Shown here: in pieces, positions 1 through 12,695 of the stretch
Numbering within the stretch: the first letter of the stretch is position 1
Layout of the letters: each line of letters begins with the position of its first letter
Assembly: GCA_951406725.2 (NCBI GenBank)
Contig: OX597815.1
Span: 96,472,001-96,536,000 of the forward strand
Direction: 5' to 3'
DNA: 64,000 nucleotides
From: Octopus vulgaris
Taxonomy: Eukaryota
Made by a program: the position numbers and the translations under genes
Notes under the pieces: model-generated
Seen by the model: only the letters and a program-made list of their open reading frames with translations
Databases searched by the model: none
What the model was told of the DNA's origin: nothing

Positions 1-1808
1 CGTTTGTCTTTAAATATGGAATGAGATGAGAGTATTTCCAAAATCTTTTGTAAATATAAAGTTTTAACATCAAAATTTCCAAAAAGACGTCATTTCAAAT
101 TGCAATTCACGAGTTCCGCAAAGAGCTGTTTCTTCATTTCATCATCGTAGGACATTTTTGTATAATTATAGGTAAACTGAAGTCAGGATTTATTTTCCAG
201 AAAACTTCATGTGTCAGGCAACAAAATTAGTATTAAAAAATTTTGACACCTTTCAAATGAGTCACAATTTTATTCATGCATAATACGAGTTATAGATCCA
301 GCATTATGATTCATCTCTTCAAATGAATGGAAATTTGAGTGATTGCCTCATTGCATCCTTTGATGAATATTATTTGAATCGGTTTAAATTTTCACAAACT
401 TTCTAAGTTTCCAGTAGGTTCATTGATATAAGAGTAAGCGTAAGCTAAATCGGTCAGTATTTCAGCTAATTCCTGAGTTTCCCATGTAAAAACAAGATCG
501 CATTCTCACTTATCCAGAGAAATCATGTTACATTTTGCGTAAAACATATAAGTGGATTTAACTTATCTCCGATATCGCCAATGGACTTCGATGTGCTAAT
601 GTAAAACTGGACTTTAACTTCGTAAGTCTTCGCAAAGTGATCTAAAGATGCAATACCATGATTTAAAGAACTGTTCCTGATTAGCTGATAAACTTTAGAT
701 GCATATCGTGTATTTTTTGCTCAACTGAGATATTTTTCATAACAAAACATGAGAATGAATAAAATATGGGGTATCTTGCATTTCTAGAACCTACCTTTCC
801 ATCAGTGTAGATAACGCAGGTTATTTCCAAACATTTCAGATGCCTGTCACTGCACACATAAAAATTATCTTTGATATCTAAATTGTTTGGGAAAGAAGTA
901 TTTCACTAGTTGCATTTCGCCATTTGTAGTTGTCTATTCTTAGCTCTATATAACCAGTGGATCTGTCACTTTATTGCCATTTCTGTAAAGCTCACTAATG
1001 TGTTTTAGTACAATTGGTGACAAATCATGCAACAGAATGGAATCAGCTGAAGATACCTACACTCTCGGGTGATGTTTCTTTTTATTCGAATGAAAGATTA
1101 ACATAAACCCATTAGTTTTTGAACTCGGTACAGTGTTCATTATCTTTTTTTACATGCTGTCCTATCTTGTAGGACTAAGAAATCATAGATGTTGTTTTGT
1201 TCAAGCTTAACCGTTGTTTAGAAAAAATATAGTGAAAAACATGAATCGCAGATACAATGCAGCCAGAACATTTCTTTTCAATGAAGATATATTCTCTTTT
1301 CAAAGTGTTTAATGTGTGGTTTAAGCGCCAGCGAGTAGGGGAACGCAGGTTAGTAAGATTATTCTTTTGATTTCTTCGTCTATTGTGCTTTCTACAAGGG
1401 TTAGGCGTTATAGGTTGGCTGTAAAGTTCATTACTTTTAGTATTATTTTTGCATTCATCATGTATGGAGGAAATGGCTGTGTCAAACCCACTGTGATGTG
1501 TCAGATCTTCTAGATATATAGCGTACTCATGTACGCAAGAATACCTTGAATAAAGATAGTCATCCCATAGGACATTCTTTCGAAGTCACAGTAATCGTCA
1601 AAATAACTACAACGGGAGCTAGGAAGCAATTTCTACATAACAAGAAGGGTGAGACCAGAGGAGTGTAAAGAGTTGTATTAGCCGCAGTTGTAGAATGTGG
1701 CCTAGAAAAACACGTTTTTGGTCGTGGGTTGCTCATATTCTCATACACCAGTAGCTTAACGCTAGCGTTTTGGGGGTTGATTTCCGGATATTTTCCTGAG
1801 CAGGTCAA
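1..1808 (-). pseudogene. Possible decayed protein-coding sequence of unknown identity
   Basis: Chain of open stretches on the minus strand, incl. a stop-free 136-codon frame 1585-1178 (LRKNVLWDDYLYSRYSCVHEYAIYLEDL...) and MSYDDEMKKQLFAELVNCNLK*RLFGNFDVKTLYLQKILEILSSHSIFKDK at the window edge; no recognisable family motif. Confidence 0.25.
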
Positions 1809-3862
1809 GTAGAGAGACGTAGGACAGAAAGTCGTTCAAGAAGATACTATATTAATTTTACATCTCTCTTAGGCTTATATGTGTCACAGCATATTTCATA
1901 ACGTGTTCACTTGTATTTGATATAGTTTTCTTGCTGATATACATATTGCTTTCTGCAGTATTCGATCTTTATCCGTCTTACTTTGGAGTATATTAAAGAT
2001 AGAGATCTGTTTTCGCTTTACACTTATAATTTTCTCATGAAAATGATTTTGTTCAAATAGTTTATTTTATTGTATTCCTCTGTGCGGTGTAATGTATATA
2101 ATGTATAAGTGTTATACACAAATCGTTGCTTCCTATATCCTTTGTTCGAACGCTTTATTGGTTACTCTGAAAGTGTTCAGTTACAGTATCGGTATTCTTT
2201 CTTTTTTGGCTATTAGTTTTGATCCTTCTCTTCTGACTTTTAAGTCAACTAACAGGTCATCTTTGTATGTGTGTTAGAGAGAGAAGGAGAGAGAAAGAGA
2301 GAGAGAGAGATAGAGACTGTGTTTGTGCTGAAATCATTGACCGTATATATTTTCGTCTTTTATGTTCAGCTGTATTATATGTTTATTCTTCGCACTTTTG
2401 GCTGGTGTTATATTTATTTGTATTAACCAAAATTTTCTGTTTCTGCTTTGTACTAAGTTACAGTGATAACGTTTGTATTTACGTATATTGAATATATTTC
2501 GTATAATATTTGTTAATATATTCATATCAACATTCAATCTGTTAGTCAGCTTTTCCTATCTGATGTTTTGCGTTACCTTCACTATATGTGTATTTTTCAC
2601 ATCATAGATATCTTTCGCCACCTTCTGTTTTCCATAAATCTCTTGATTGATGTCCCTTTGGGCATTGGGAAACTAAGTGTATTTATTCATTTGTACTTAG
2701 GACCGATCATTTCTGATTTTCTGAAGTATGAAATATTTTTTCTCTTCAGACAGATGTGGGTGCTTCTAATGTTATATCCCTTCTAATTAGGCCCACATCT
2801 AAAGTAATTTTAGAGGTTGTATGTATTTTAGCAGGGGATAGCATAGAACTCTGCTTTACACCACACTTTTCTGACCCGAACAAAGAAATAACACCGTATA
2901 TAATGTAATCCACTGCAGGAAATAAAGTGACAGGGAGGTCACGGAGAGAATGCGTTTGATCATACGTCTGTTACTATAGTTTCTCTTTCCTTTTGTTATA
3001 TCGTTTCGTTTGAAGATATTGAATGGTAAATTATGATATTGTAAATGAACCGCATTGCTTAGAAATAGTATCGTTACATAGTAGTGAAAATGCTGCATAC
3101 TTCACGCTATGAACCAATCTCATATTCTCCTCTTCTATTCCTATAAACGTCCATTTGTTGTTGGAGTTATTAAATGTAGACGTTTAAGTTTTTCATACAT
3201 TTTTATTTGATGACCCTAAATGACGTACTATAATCATAGAATCTTTGATTTTCCCTTCGGTCAAGTCTATGGTATTATTGAGAACGATGCTGAGGTTAAC
3301 TTTATGTTGAAATAAACTATATTCCTTTATGATAATATCTATATAACAATTCTTGCACTTTGTCCGTAATTTTTGGAAATCTACGGAATATAATTATCTT
3401 TATGAATTTTGGGCAGCTGCATCTTAGTGCATAGCTATTACCTAGGTTTTAAAAATTTACGTTTATTATAGAAGCGCTCTTTGACAGAGAAATTAACACA
3501 AAATAAAATATATAAGCCATTTAAGAAGCACACAAAATCCGTTAGACTTACTTCAGCATTTAAATTTAAGTTGTCAAAATATTTTCGTCGCTCTGAGACT
3601 GCGACCCTTTCACTGACAAAATTCCGTAGAATATAATACAATAAAACAAAATTCCAGTACACGATTTCAGATCAGATCACTCCCTATGCAAGTACATCTC
3701 CGTAAATTATATTTGAAACGTTGAATATTTTAACATTCCCACTGAATGAGAAAGCAGGGTATATGTACTTTATATTAGATTTGGCGGATTTCGTAACCTT
3801 GTTGCTGTATGGGACGATTCATCATTATCATTATTTGAGGATATTTTATACACATTTCTAAT

Positions 3863-3920
3863 TAAGGTGGAGCTTCAGCATGGCCGCAGTGAAATACCTG
3901 AAGCAATTAAAAAATTAAAA
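3863..3920 (+). mobile_element. SINE 3' tail fragment (same family as 53869-54279)
   Basis: AAGGTGGAGCTTCAGCATGGCCGCAGTGAAATACCTGAAGCAATTAAAA matches AAAGTGGTACTCCAGCATGGCCACAGTCAAATAACTGAAACAAGTAAAA at ~54225-54272. Confidence 0.65.
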
Positions 3921-4687
3921 CAATAAAAGAATGTTGCTTACAAGTGTATATGCATGCTTTCAAACATGCACACACAGGTATGAAGTTTCTATTCGTTTGT
4001 GTTGTATTTGAATTAAATTAGTCATTTGTGCATTTAATGTTTTGAATTGTTGATAATGGCGCAATTTAACATCAGATGGCGAAATACTGCAAAATATTTT
4101 GACCGTTGTGCTACGGATACTGCCAGCACGTCGCCTTATGATACACACACACACATTTATGTAGAAAGTTGAAAAGTAACACACTTGTTGATATGTATAA
4201 GGAAAATAAGAAAAGGTAGATGCTAACATAATTTTATCACGAAATACATTTTGTATTAGTTTCAATCTTTAAATAGGAACAGTAATTAAATCGAAGAAAA
4301 AATAAAATGAAATGTTTTCCAAATATTTCCATAGTCTTCAAGTACGTAGGACATATTCCTTTTTTCTGTCTTTCACTCGGTTTTCCTTTGTAAGTGCTCA
4401 GTAGACTGTAGAAGATCTGAAAACACTTCAGAACCAACATTTCTTTGCACCCATAAAGTCTATTTTTTACGGATCTGCTACTATCTACCGACGCTTTAAA
4501 AAGGAAAGGTAGAGAGGCAGAAAAATTGTTCTACTTATTTGAAGACTGGGGAAATATTTGCAAAGCATAACATTAATCTTTTCCTGTTTTTGCTCTTATT
4601 TGAAAAAAATCAAAAAGATTGAAACCCATACAAAATGTATATCATGATAAGATTATTTTCGCCTCTTCTCCCTTGTCCTATTCTACT

Positions 4688-4884
<197 letters not shown>

Positions 4885-4886
<2 letters not shown>

Positions 4887-5191
4887 AGGCACAATGGCCC
4901 AGAGGTTAGGGCAGCGGACTCGCGGTCGGAGGATCGCGGTTTCGATTTCCAGACCGGGCGTTGTGTGTGTTTATTGAGCGAAAACACCTAAAAGTTCCAC
5001 GAGGCTCCGGCAGGAGGTGGTGATCCCTGCTGTACTCTTTCACCACTCTCTCTCTCACTCTTTCTTCTGTTGGCCTGCTCACTTAGCCAGCGGGGTGGCG
5101 TCGTTCGAAGGCTAAAACAATGCAAACGCATTGTGACCAGCGATGTGTAGCAACATCTGATGGTTTGGTCGGTCACGGTGATCGGTGAACG

Positions 5192-5196
<5 letters not shown>
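4885..5196 (+). mobile_element. tRNA-derived SINE inserted in (TA)n
   Basis: GC-rich head with A box TGGCCCAGAGG and B box GGTTTCGATTTCC at tRNA spacing; 3' tail of short tandem CGGTGA(T/A) units; (TA)n on both sides. Confidence 0.85.
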
Positions 5197-5228
<32 letters not shown>

Positions 5229-6609
5229 TATTCGGGGGGGGAGCAAACGAAAAAAAACGGAGACAAAAATGTATAAGTATTAACGCGTCAGCATCATATA
5301 TGAAAATTTTTACTGTTTAAAAATCGATGAAACATGTAAAAAGTATGTGGAGATAATACATTTGGCTTAACCAATCGAAAGCCTCCGAACACCATTATTG
5401 GCTAAGACTGAGTAGGTGATAGATAATACATTAATAATCATGCAGTGGAAACTTGCTGGCCATTTTGTTAACGTCGACGAGGTCACTGCCTTCCGCTCTT
5501 GTATGACACAAATTATATCGTAATTTATGGCATGATATATGATATGTGATATTATGTCTATATTAAACAAACAAATTACCACAAAGTTGTGGATTATGAG
5601 TTCCGTTTAAGAAGTAAATAAAAACAAGTTTTCCGGTATTTAGATGCCTCATTTAATTGTGGAACTACTGATATTTCTTAAATCATTTTGAAACACTCGT
5701 ACCAATTTACAACACTTCATATACCATTAACATTTTTTAAAATTTAATAATTTTGTAATAAATTTATTTCATTATCTTAATTATCATTACTTTGATGCTC
5801 TTCATCTAATATCCAATATCTGTTTCTAAACAACCAAAGTTCATAGAAATCTTTTGCCATAAGTTTAACTAGAAAGATAAAACAATGAATCACATAGATA
5901 CTTTCATTTCCAATTCACTTTTCCTTTCTGAATATTTCAGTAACATTTTTCTTTTGCCATTATATGCAATATTCAACTTTTAAATAAAACATTAAATATA
6001 CAACGTACACAACGGTTAAATGATTAGATGGTGTTGCTCATGACAACTTGGTGTTTTGAATAATTTTATTAATAATTTTAGCAGTACTTACTAAATTAAC
6101 TAAATTTCGCATGCTGTGTGATTCGGAGGGAATATTACTCAAAATCACGCAAAATACAAACACTCAAATGTAAGACACAGAGTCTCTGTGGCAAGAATCT
6201 GTGGAAGTACTAAGTTCTTTAGCTGAACAAAATTACCTTCATGTATATATGTATTGCTATATTGAACGCATTAACTACTTTCAAAAGCTTATTTTCTCCC
6301 CTGACTTACCTTTTCCTATTCCAATGACGACAGCATGTAAAATACATCCCTATCTTTAAATGTTGCTGGCATGGGATAGTCTAGCTAAGTGTGGTCATTA
6401 GTTGTACCCGTCATACGTTGTCATCTGTGTTGTATAGGGGTCACCATCAATTAGTTACTAGAATCCGTGCGGGCAGTAAGTAAAATGGCTTGAAAGGCAG
6501 TGAAAGGAATTTTATTTGGAAATGTCTGACATTTGCCACAATACCAATGAATTTCTATTATTCTCAAGGTATTTTGACACATTTATGAGACAAGGCACTT
6601 AAACTTGTT

Positions 6610-7115
6610 GCTTTAGAATAGGGTATATTATCGATCCAAACATACTTCTCAGCTCTTCTTCCATTTATTATCAGTTCATCAAATACATTTAATGGCTTCT
6701 TTGTAAAGTAGAACACACGATAAAGCAACGCATACAACTTAGCTTTCAACTCACACTGAAACCTACGCTCTATATCAAGTTGATTAAAGCTTCGCAAAGA
6801 CCTTTCTCTCAACTTCCAGCTAGGTTTTAATGTTTGTGTGAACATTAAAATATACAACTTTGGAAATATATTATGAATAATCGAAAAAGTTAGAGCGCCT
6901 AGAATCTTTAATTTTAGGAACATGAAATTTATTATTCTTTCTCGATCGCAAGTTATTTTCGTTAATTGTTTCGATGTATAAAGACTTGAATACGAATAAT
7001 AAACATGAAAATCTTATCGAGTATCTCCATTGACTTCATATTTCTTTCAAAAACACACCTGGTTACAATTTTCCCTGACGAAAGATTGACGGGTTTCGAA
7101 AACTGTAGAGTAAAT
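6610..7115 (+). mobile_element. Highly decayed Penelope-like element relic (GIY-YIG-like peptide remnants plus hammerhead-like motif)
   Basis: Remnants SSIYYQ...KVEHTIKQRI...LWKYI resemble PLE GIY-YIG segments; CTGACGA...CGAAA-ACTG-TA at 7075-7107. Confidence 0.3.
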
Positions 7116-7899
7116 AGAGTTAACTTACGAGCAGACACAGAATGAATCTAGCGTGTGGGAGGAGGGATTGATAGTTGGATGGAAGATGATGATGAAAGGT
7201 AATTAATTATGGAATGGATAAAACATAGGAGAGCATGACAACATAAAAGGTCAATTCTTGCCTGGTAATAACTGCAATGCACAAAAAAGCGAAATTCACT
7301 ATCTATTCCCTCACTCGTATATACAGAAACCTATTTCTCTGCACAAGTCATTTTATGATCCATACTTTTCAAAAACATAATTTCAGTTGATAATTTTACT
7401 ACACACAATCAATAAACATAATTTCCACACATATGTTTCCTTCGAAGTTTATCATATTTTTGAGTATTCTAAACAAACGATCTAGCGCTTTTACTAGAAA
7501 ATATAGTCTAATATTCAATAATATTTCGATTTATGAATCAACATCTGTTCTACCAAAATAATAGTGTTCATCTTGAAAGAACGTTAACAAATTTCAACGA
7601 GCTGTGGGACAGAAAATGACTGAGAGATTTCTATGCTGTACAAAGCATGCCACTAACTTATTCTGAGTGGCTGTAACTCATTGGACGAAGTTTTTATTTT
7701 ACGAACTACAATTTATAGCTACATTCACGTTCATGTTACATCATCAAGGAAAGAACGAATAAAACCTTCGTATCACCTTCTCTCTTTCTTCACATTTCCC
7801 TCTCTCTTTCAATCTCCCTCCCTCTGTCTTCCTTCTTCTCTAACGTCTCTATCTCTCTCTCTTCCTCCCTATCCTTTCCTCCCCCTATAGGCTTAGAAA

Positions 7900-8943
7900 A
7901 CGAAAATGGCACCAATGTTGGAGAGCAAAGAATTGAATATTCTGTTGCGAGCATGGATGATTGCTAGCGGCGATCCGCCAGACATCATCACTGCTGCACT
8001 GAAGAACAATGGCTTCTGCACAACCATTGAGCAGATAGAGCGGAAGAAAAATAAATTCATCCGATCCTATGCCCTTATTAGACCACTCTTGATGTCACTA
8101 TGGAAAACTTCTGTGCGAGGCTGATAAGGATAGAGAAAGCGACGTAAAAGACCAGAAGTCTATTTGATCCAGTGGTCCCACAAAAGAATGGCTCCCCCAA
8201 TCCTGTGAACAACCAGACTGATAAGGATAGAGAATGAAGCAACAACCAGAAGTCACGGACTCCTCATCCCATTAGACAACCAGAGGAATGCAATTGCTAC
8301 CACCAGAAAAGGAAGGAAAGTACAATGGCACATAAAGAAGGAATGGGAGAAAAGGAAAACGAAAAGATGAAATAACTAAAACCGAAACTCCAAACGACAA
8401 AATAAAAAAATGGAAAACACGAATATGAACGCTCCAATGGAGTTCGAAACCTTAGAGGTTTGAGGAAATTTGGAGTGAACTCTAGTACCTGGAAATTTTA
8501 CCTTCGAGGCAAACGGTTCAAACTGCCGGTTTGTTCACCCAAAGCAAAGATTTTTTCCTGAGAGACCTTGTTGCAAGCAATCACCTCCTTGCACAGCACT
8601 CGTGGAAACTAATCTGAGCCCTGATATAGAGGATGCAGAAGTAGACGTGCCAAAATATACTATACTTCGAACAGACAGTAAGGAAAGGAGTTGGTGTATA
8701 TATCCGCGAAAATCTCAAACCTCAGGTCTTACTGCCATGCTCAAATCAGTATGGGACATTCTACTTGTATACATAAGACAACACAATATAGTCACGTGCA
8801 ATACATATCACCCACCGGATGCTTCAAAGGACATAGACAAATGTGAAGGTTGCTTCGCAAGAACTAAAGGAATTCTCATGAAACCGGAACATCATATGAA
8901 CGTATTTATTATGGGAGATTTCAGATTCCCCAATGTCAAATGA
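7900..8943 (+). mobile_element. Decayed 5' part of an APE-type (CR1-group) LINE: Myb-like, CCCH remnant, APE endonuclease
   Basis: ORF 7906-8124 (ELNILLRAW...TIEQIERKKNKF) parallels the N-terminus at 37763; KFYLRG/NGSNCRFVHPK at ~8490-8544; ORF 8602-8943 has APE motifs ETNL, ILRTD, YHPP, IMGDFRFP. Confidence 0.75.
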
Positions 8944-9222
8944 CGTGAATTATTCAAGCCCCGAAGAATACCTCTCACAACATGGCTATGACGCGCCCCT
9001 ACTACATAGCTTGTGATCAGAGATGCACATATCGTCAGCCACCAAGCGATATACTCAACTGGTTAAGGTCAAACAACTAACACGCAAATATTTTGTATTG
9101 AGCAGAATATTTACTGTAGCCCATTTCATATACCAAGACAAAACAATGTACATGATAGCAATTCCAACCAGTTAAAATCAGAAGCGATGAAAGTCACTGC
9201 CTTGTATTGCATCAGTGCATTT
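8944..9222 (-). mobile_element. Partial copy of ~550 bp non-coding (ATT)n-associated interspersed repeat
   Basis: Aligns by eye to 59390-59619 (GTGATCAGAGATGCACATATCGTCAGCCAC...CTCAACTGGTTAAGGTCAAAC) and to 51214-51403; ends GCATTT-(ATT)n. Confidence 0.85.
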
Positions 9223-9265
9223 ATTATTATTATTATTATTATTAATATTATTATTATTATCATCA

Positions 9266-9297
<32 letters not shown>

Positions 9298-9319
9298 GTT
9301 ATTTTTTTTTATTATTATT
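9223..9319. repeat. (ATT)n microsatellite
   Basis: Direct reading. Confidence 0.95.
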
Positions 9320-10141
9320 CAGTAGTTTTATTTTTATTTTTATAGCGTGCTTTCACTTCACTACCGAGCGCAGCTCTGTGTGCCTTGGGTATGTGCTGTG
9401 ATTTGTTGTGATGCTCTGATGGTTATTGTATGGAAAGTGTTCTGCGTAGGATGTGGGCAGTGCCTAGTAGTGCAATTTTCTGTATGTTATATGTGTTTGT
9501 AAGTCCTGGTGTTTTTGTTATGTATTTGTCTGAATATTTTTTTATCATGCCTAATGCACCTACTATGATAGGAATTGTTTCTGTTTTCAGATTCCACATT
9601 CTAGTTACCTCTATTTCCAGGTCTTTGTATTTTGAGAGTTTCTCCATTTCTTTTAGAGACACGTTGTCATCTGCCGGTATTGATACATCAATTAAAAAGC
9701 ATTTTTTTTCTTCATGATCTCTGACAACTATATCTGGTCTATTGGCCTTAATTTCTCTATCTGTGTGTATCGGCATATCCCAGAGTATGGTTGCTTTCTC
9801 GTTTTCTGTGACCTTTTCTGGTGTGTGCCTATACCATCTTTTTTCTGTTGTTATTCCATAATGTTGGCATAGCTTCCAATGTATGTAGGTTCCAACTCTG
9901 TCATGTCTGTGAATATATTCCTTCTTAGCCAGGACTGGGCAGCTAGAGATAATATGATTTATTGTTTCTTGTCCATCTCCACATATTCTGCAGTTACTTG
10001 TAATATTACTTTTCATTACATGTTTTTGGTAATTTCTGGTGGGGAGGCTTTGGTCTTATGCTGCAATTAAAAGTCCCTCTGTTTCTGCTTTGAGTCCTGA
10101 GCTTCTCAACCATTGCTGGGATTTTTCTTTATCTATTTCTT
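9320..10141 (-). mobile_element. 5'-truncated R4/Dong-type RLE non-LTR retrotransposon (family A, young copy)
   Basis: Intact C-terminal coding region with CCHC knuckle and RLE; 3' end ...AAAACTACTG joined to (AAT)n; (ATT)n on both sides; close paralog of 10345-11170. Confidence 0.92.
9423..10016 (-). CDS. C-terminal fragment of retrotransposon ORF: CCHC zinc knuckle + restriction-like endonuclease (PD-(D/E)xK)
   Basis: CRICGDGQETINHIISSC, YIHRHD, RPDIVV...LIDVSIP...EKLSKYKDL, IIVGALG, QKIALLGTAHILRR. Confidence 0.9.
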   Translation of the reverse strand: MKSNITSNCRICGDGQETINHIISSCPVLAKKEYIHRHDRVGTYIHWKLCQHYGITTEKRWYRHTPEKVTENEKATILWDMPIHTDREIKANRPDIVVRDHEEKKCFLIDVSIPADDNVSLKEMEKLSKYKDLEIEVTRMWNLKTETIPIIVGALGMIKKYSDKYITKTPGLTNTYNIQKIALLGTAHILRRTLSIQ

Positions 10142-10146
10142 CTTCT

Positions 10147-10344
<198 letters not shown>

Positions 10345-11294
10345 CAGTAGTTTTATTTTTATAACGTGCTTTTACTTCACTACCGAGCGCAGCTCTGTGT
10401 GCCTTGGGTATGTGCTGTGATTTGTTGTGATGCTCTGATGGTTCCTGTATTGAAAGTGTTCTGCGTAGGATGTGTGCAGTGCCTAGTAGTGCAATTATCT
10501 GTATGTTATATGTGTTTGTAAGTCCTGGTGTTTTTGTTATGTATATGTCTGAAAAAATTTCTATCATGCCTAATGCACCTACTATGGTAGGAATTGGTTC
10601 TTTTTTTAGATTCCACATTCTAGTTACCTCTATTTCCTGGTCTTTGTATTTTGAAAGTTTCTCCATTTCTTTTAGAGATAAGTTGTCATCTACTGGTACT
10701 GATACATCAATTAGTAATCATTTTTTCTTCATGATCTCTGACAACTATATTTTGGTCTGTTGGCCTTAATTTCTCTATCTATGTGTATTGGCATATCTCA
10801 GAGTATGGTTGCTTTCTCGTTTTCTGTGACCTTTTCTGGTGTGTGCCTATACCATCTTTTTTCTGTTGTTATTCCATAATGTTGGCATAGCTTCCAGTGT
10901 ATGTAGCTCCCAACTCAGTGGTGTCTGTGAATATATTCCTTCTTAGCCAGGACTGGGCAGCCAGAGATAATATGATTTATTGTTTCTTGTCCATCTCCAC
11001 ATATTCTGCAGTTACTTGTTATATATCTTTTCATTACATGTTTTTGGTAATTTCTGGTGGTGAGGCTTTGGTCTTGTGCTGCAATTAAACATCCCTCTGT
11101 CTCTGCTTTGAGTCCATGATGGGGCATCGTTTTATCTCAACCACTGCTAGGATTTTTCTTTGTCTATTTCTTTTGCATTTTGTTTAGTCCAGTACTTGCC
11201 ATGATGGGGCATCGTTTTCTTGCCATCGTTTTATCATAGTCCGTTGCTGTTCTAGTTTTAGTTTGGATTTCATTTGCTTTATAGCTTCTGTTGT

Positions 11295-11417
11295 TTCTTC
11301 TTCTTCTTCTTCTTCTTCTTCTTCTTCTTCTTCTTCTTCTTCTTCTTCTTCTTCTTCTTCTTCTTCTTCTTCTTCTTCTTCTTCTTCTTCTTCTTCTTCT
11401 TCTTCTTCTTCTTCTTC
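11295..11417. repeat. (TTC)n tract, in-frame poly-Glu inside the retrotransposon ORF
   Basis: About 41 units; ORF 11184-11480 reads PPNRY-E(n)-TTEAIKQMK. Confidence 0.95.
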
Positions 11418-11909
11418 ATATCTGTTAGGTGGTATGATTTCTTGTTTGTATTTGTCAGCTTCCTTAAATACTGAGAACAATTTTTTGTTTTGCTCGTGTT
11501 TTGCCGCTATTTGTATCAGTTTTCATTGCTTCTGATGTAGGTATTTTTGCAGTATATGGTAGTTATTTTATAGTAGTTTTCCAGCTTTATAAGGCTTCTG
11601 CCACCTTCTATACGTTGTATATATAGCCTTTCTATGTCAGATTTTGGGTGATGCATCCTAGATACTGTTATTATTTTTCTTGTTTTCCTATCTATTTTGG
11701 TTAGTTCATTTAGCGTCGAGTTAAGGATATTATAGCCGTAACTTATAACTGGGACGGCTAAAGTCTTAATACCTATTATCTTGTTTTTAGCATTGAGCTC
11801 TGTTTTAGTATTGATCTGACTCTTTTTATATTTTCTCTTTCATTTGTGTGTGTTGTGTCTTATCTAGTTCATGTATTCCTACTTATTTGTAAGTTTGGCT
11901 TTGGTCTAA

Positions 11910-12695
11910 TTATTTTGTTTCATTGGTTTTATCTAGTGTGATGTTGCTACTCTTAACTAGTTTTCCTTTTTTCAGGGTTACTTTGGCGTATTTCTCTAAT
12001 GCAAATTTTATAATTATGTCTTTGGTAAATCCATGAATAGTCTTTAGTAGTGTTTCCAGCTGTTTGTCATTTGTAGCGTAGAGTTTTAGGTCATCCATAT
12101 ATAAAAGGTGGCTGATTGTTTTGCCGTAACATTTGTATCCGCATCCAGTTCTGTTTAGCATATCAGATAGAGGTGACAGTGCCAAGCAGAAAATGAGTGG
12201 AGAGAGCGTGTCTCCCTGGAATAATCCTCTTCTAATGGGGATGGCTTTGGTTTTCACAAGTCCATCTTTTGTTTGGAGCTGTAGCACTGTTTGCCATTTA
12301 TTCATAGAGTGTCCTATGTACTTTATAATTGTTGGTACTACTTTGTTCATGGCTTGTGATTCGAGAATCCATGTGTGGGGGATGCTATCAAACGCCTTTT
12401 TGTAATCGATCCAGGCCATACTGAGGCATTTCTTCTTTCTGTGGCTGTCTTCAGTTATGGCTTCATTGATCATTAGTTGATCTTTACAACCATATGAGCC
12501 TTTGCGGCATCCTTTCTGCTCTTCTGGAAACAGGTTGTTTTCGTCCAGGTGCTTGTTCAATATTTGCGATATTACTGCAGTAAATGCCTTGTACATTGCT
12601 GGGAGACAAGTTATAGGCCTGTAGCTTTCTGGTTGTGCTGTCTCATTTGATTTGAGAATTAAGATGGTTTTCCCCTTCGTGAGCCATTCGGGCAT
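11910..12695 (-). pseudogene. Reverse transcriptase domain fragment (R4/Dong-type)
   Basis: YRPITCL, EEQKGCRKGSYGCKDQL, WIDYKKAFDSIPH, GLFQGDTLSPLIF, HLLYMDDLKL. Confidence 0.93.

Noticed and set aside
789-820. VIYTDGK on the minus strand resembling an RNase H first motif
   Set aside because: No downstream AE/DS motifs or linked RT found; could be chance.
4885-4960. Functional tRNA gene (also 24960-25017)
   Set aside because: A/B boxes are present but there is no complete cloverleaf or oligo-T terminator, and the sequence continues into a SINE body.
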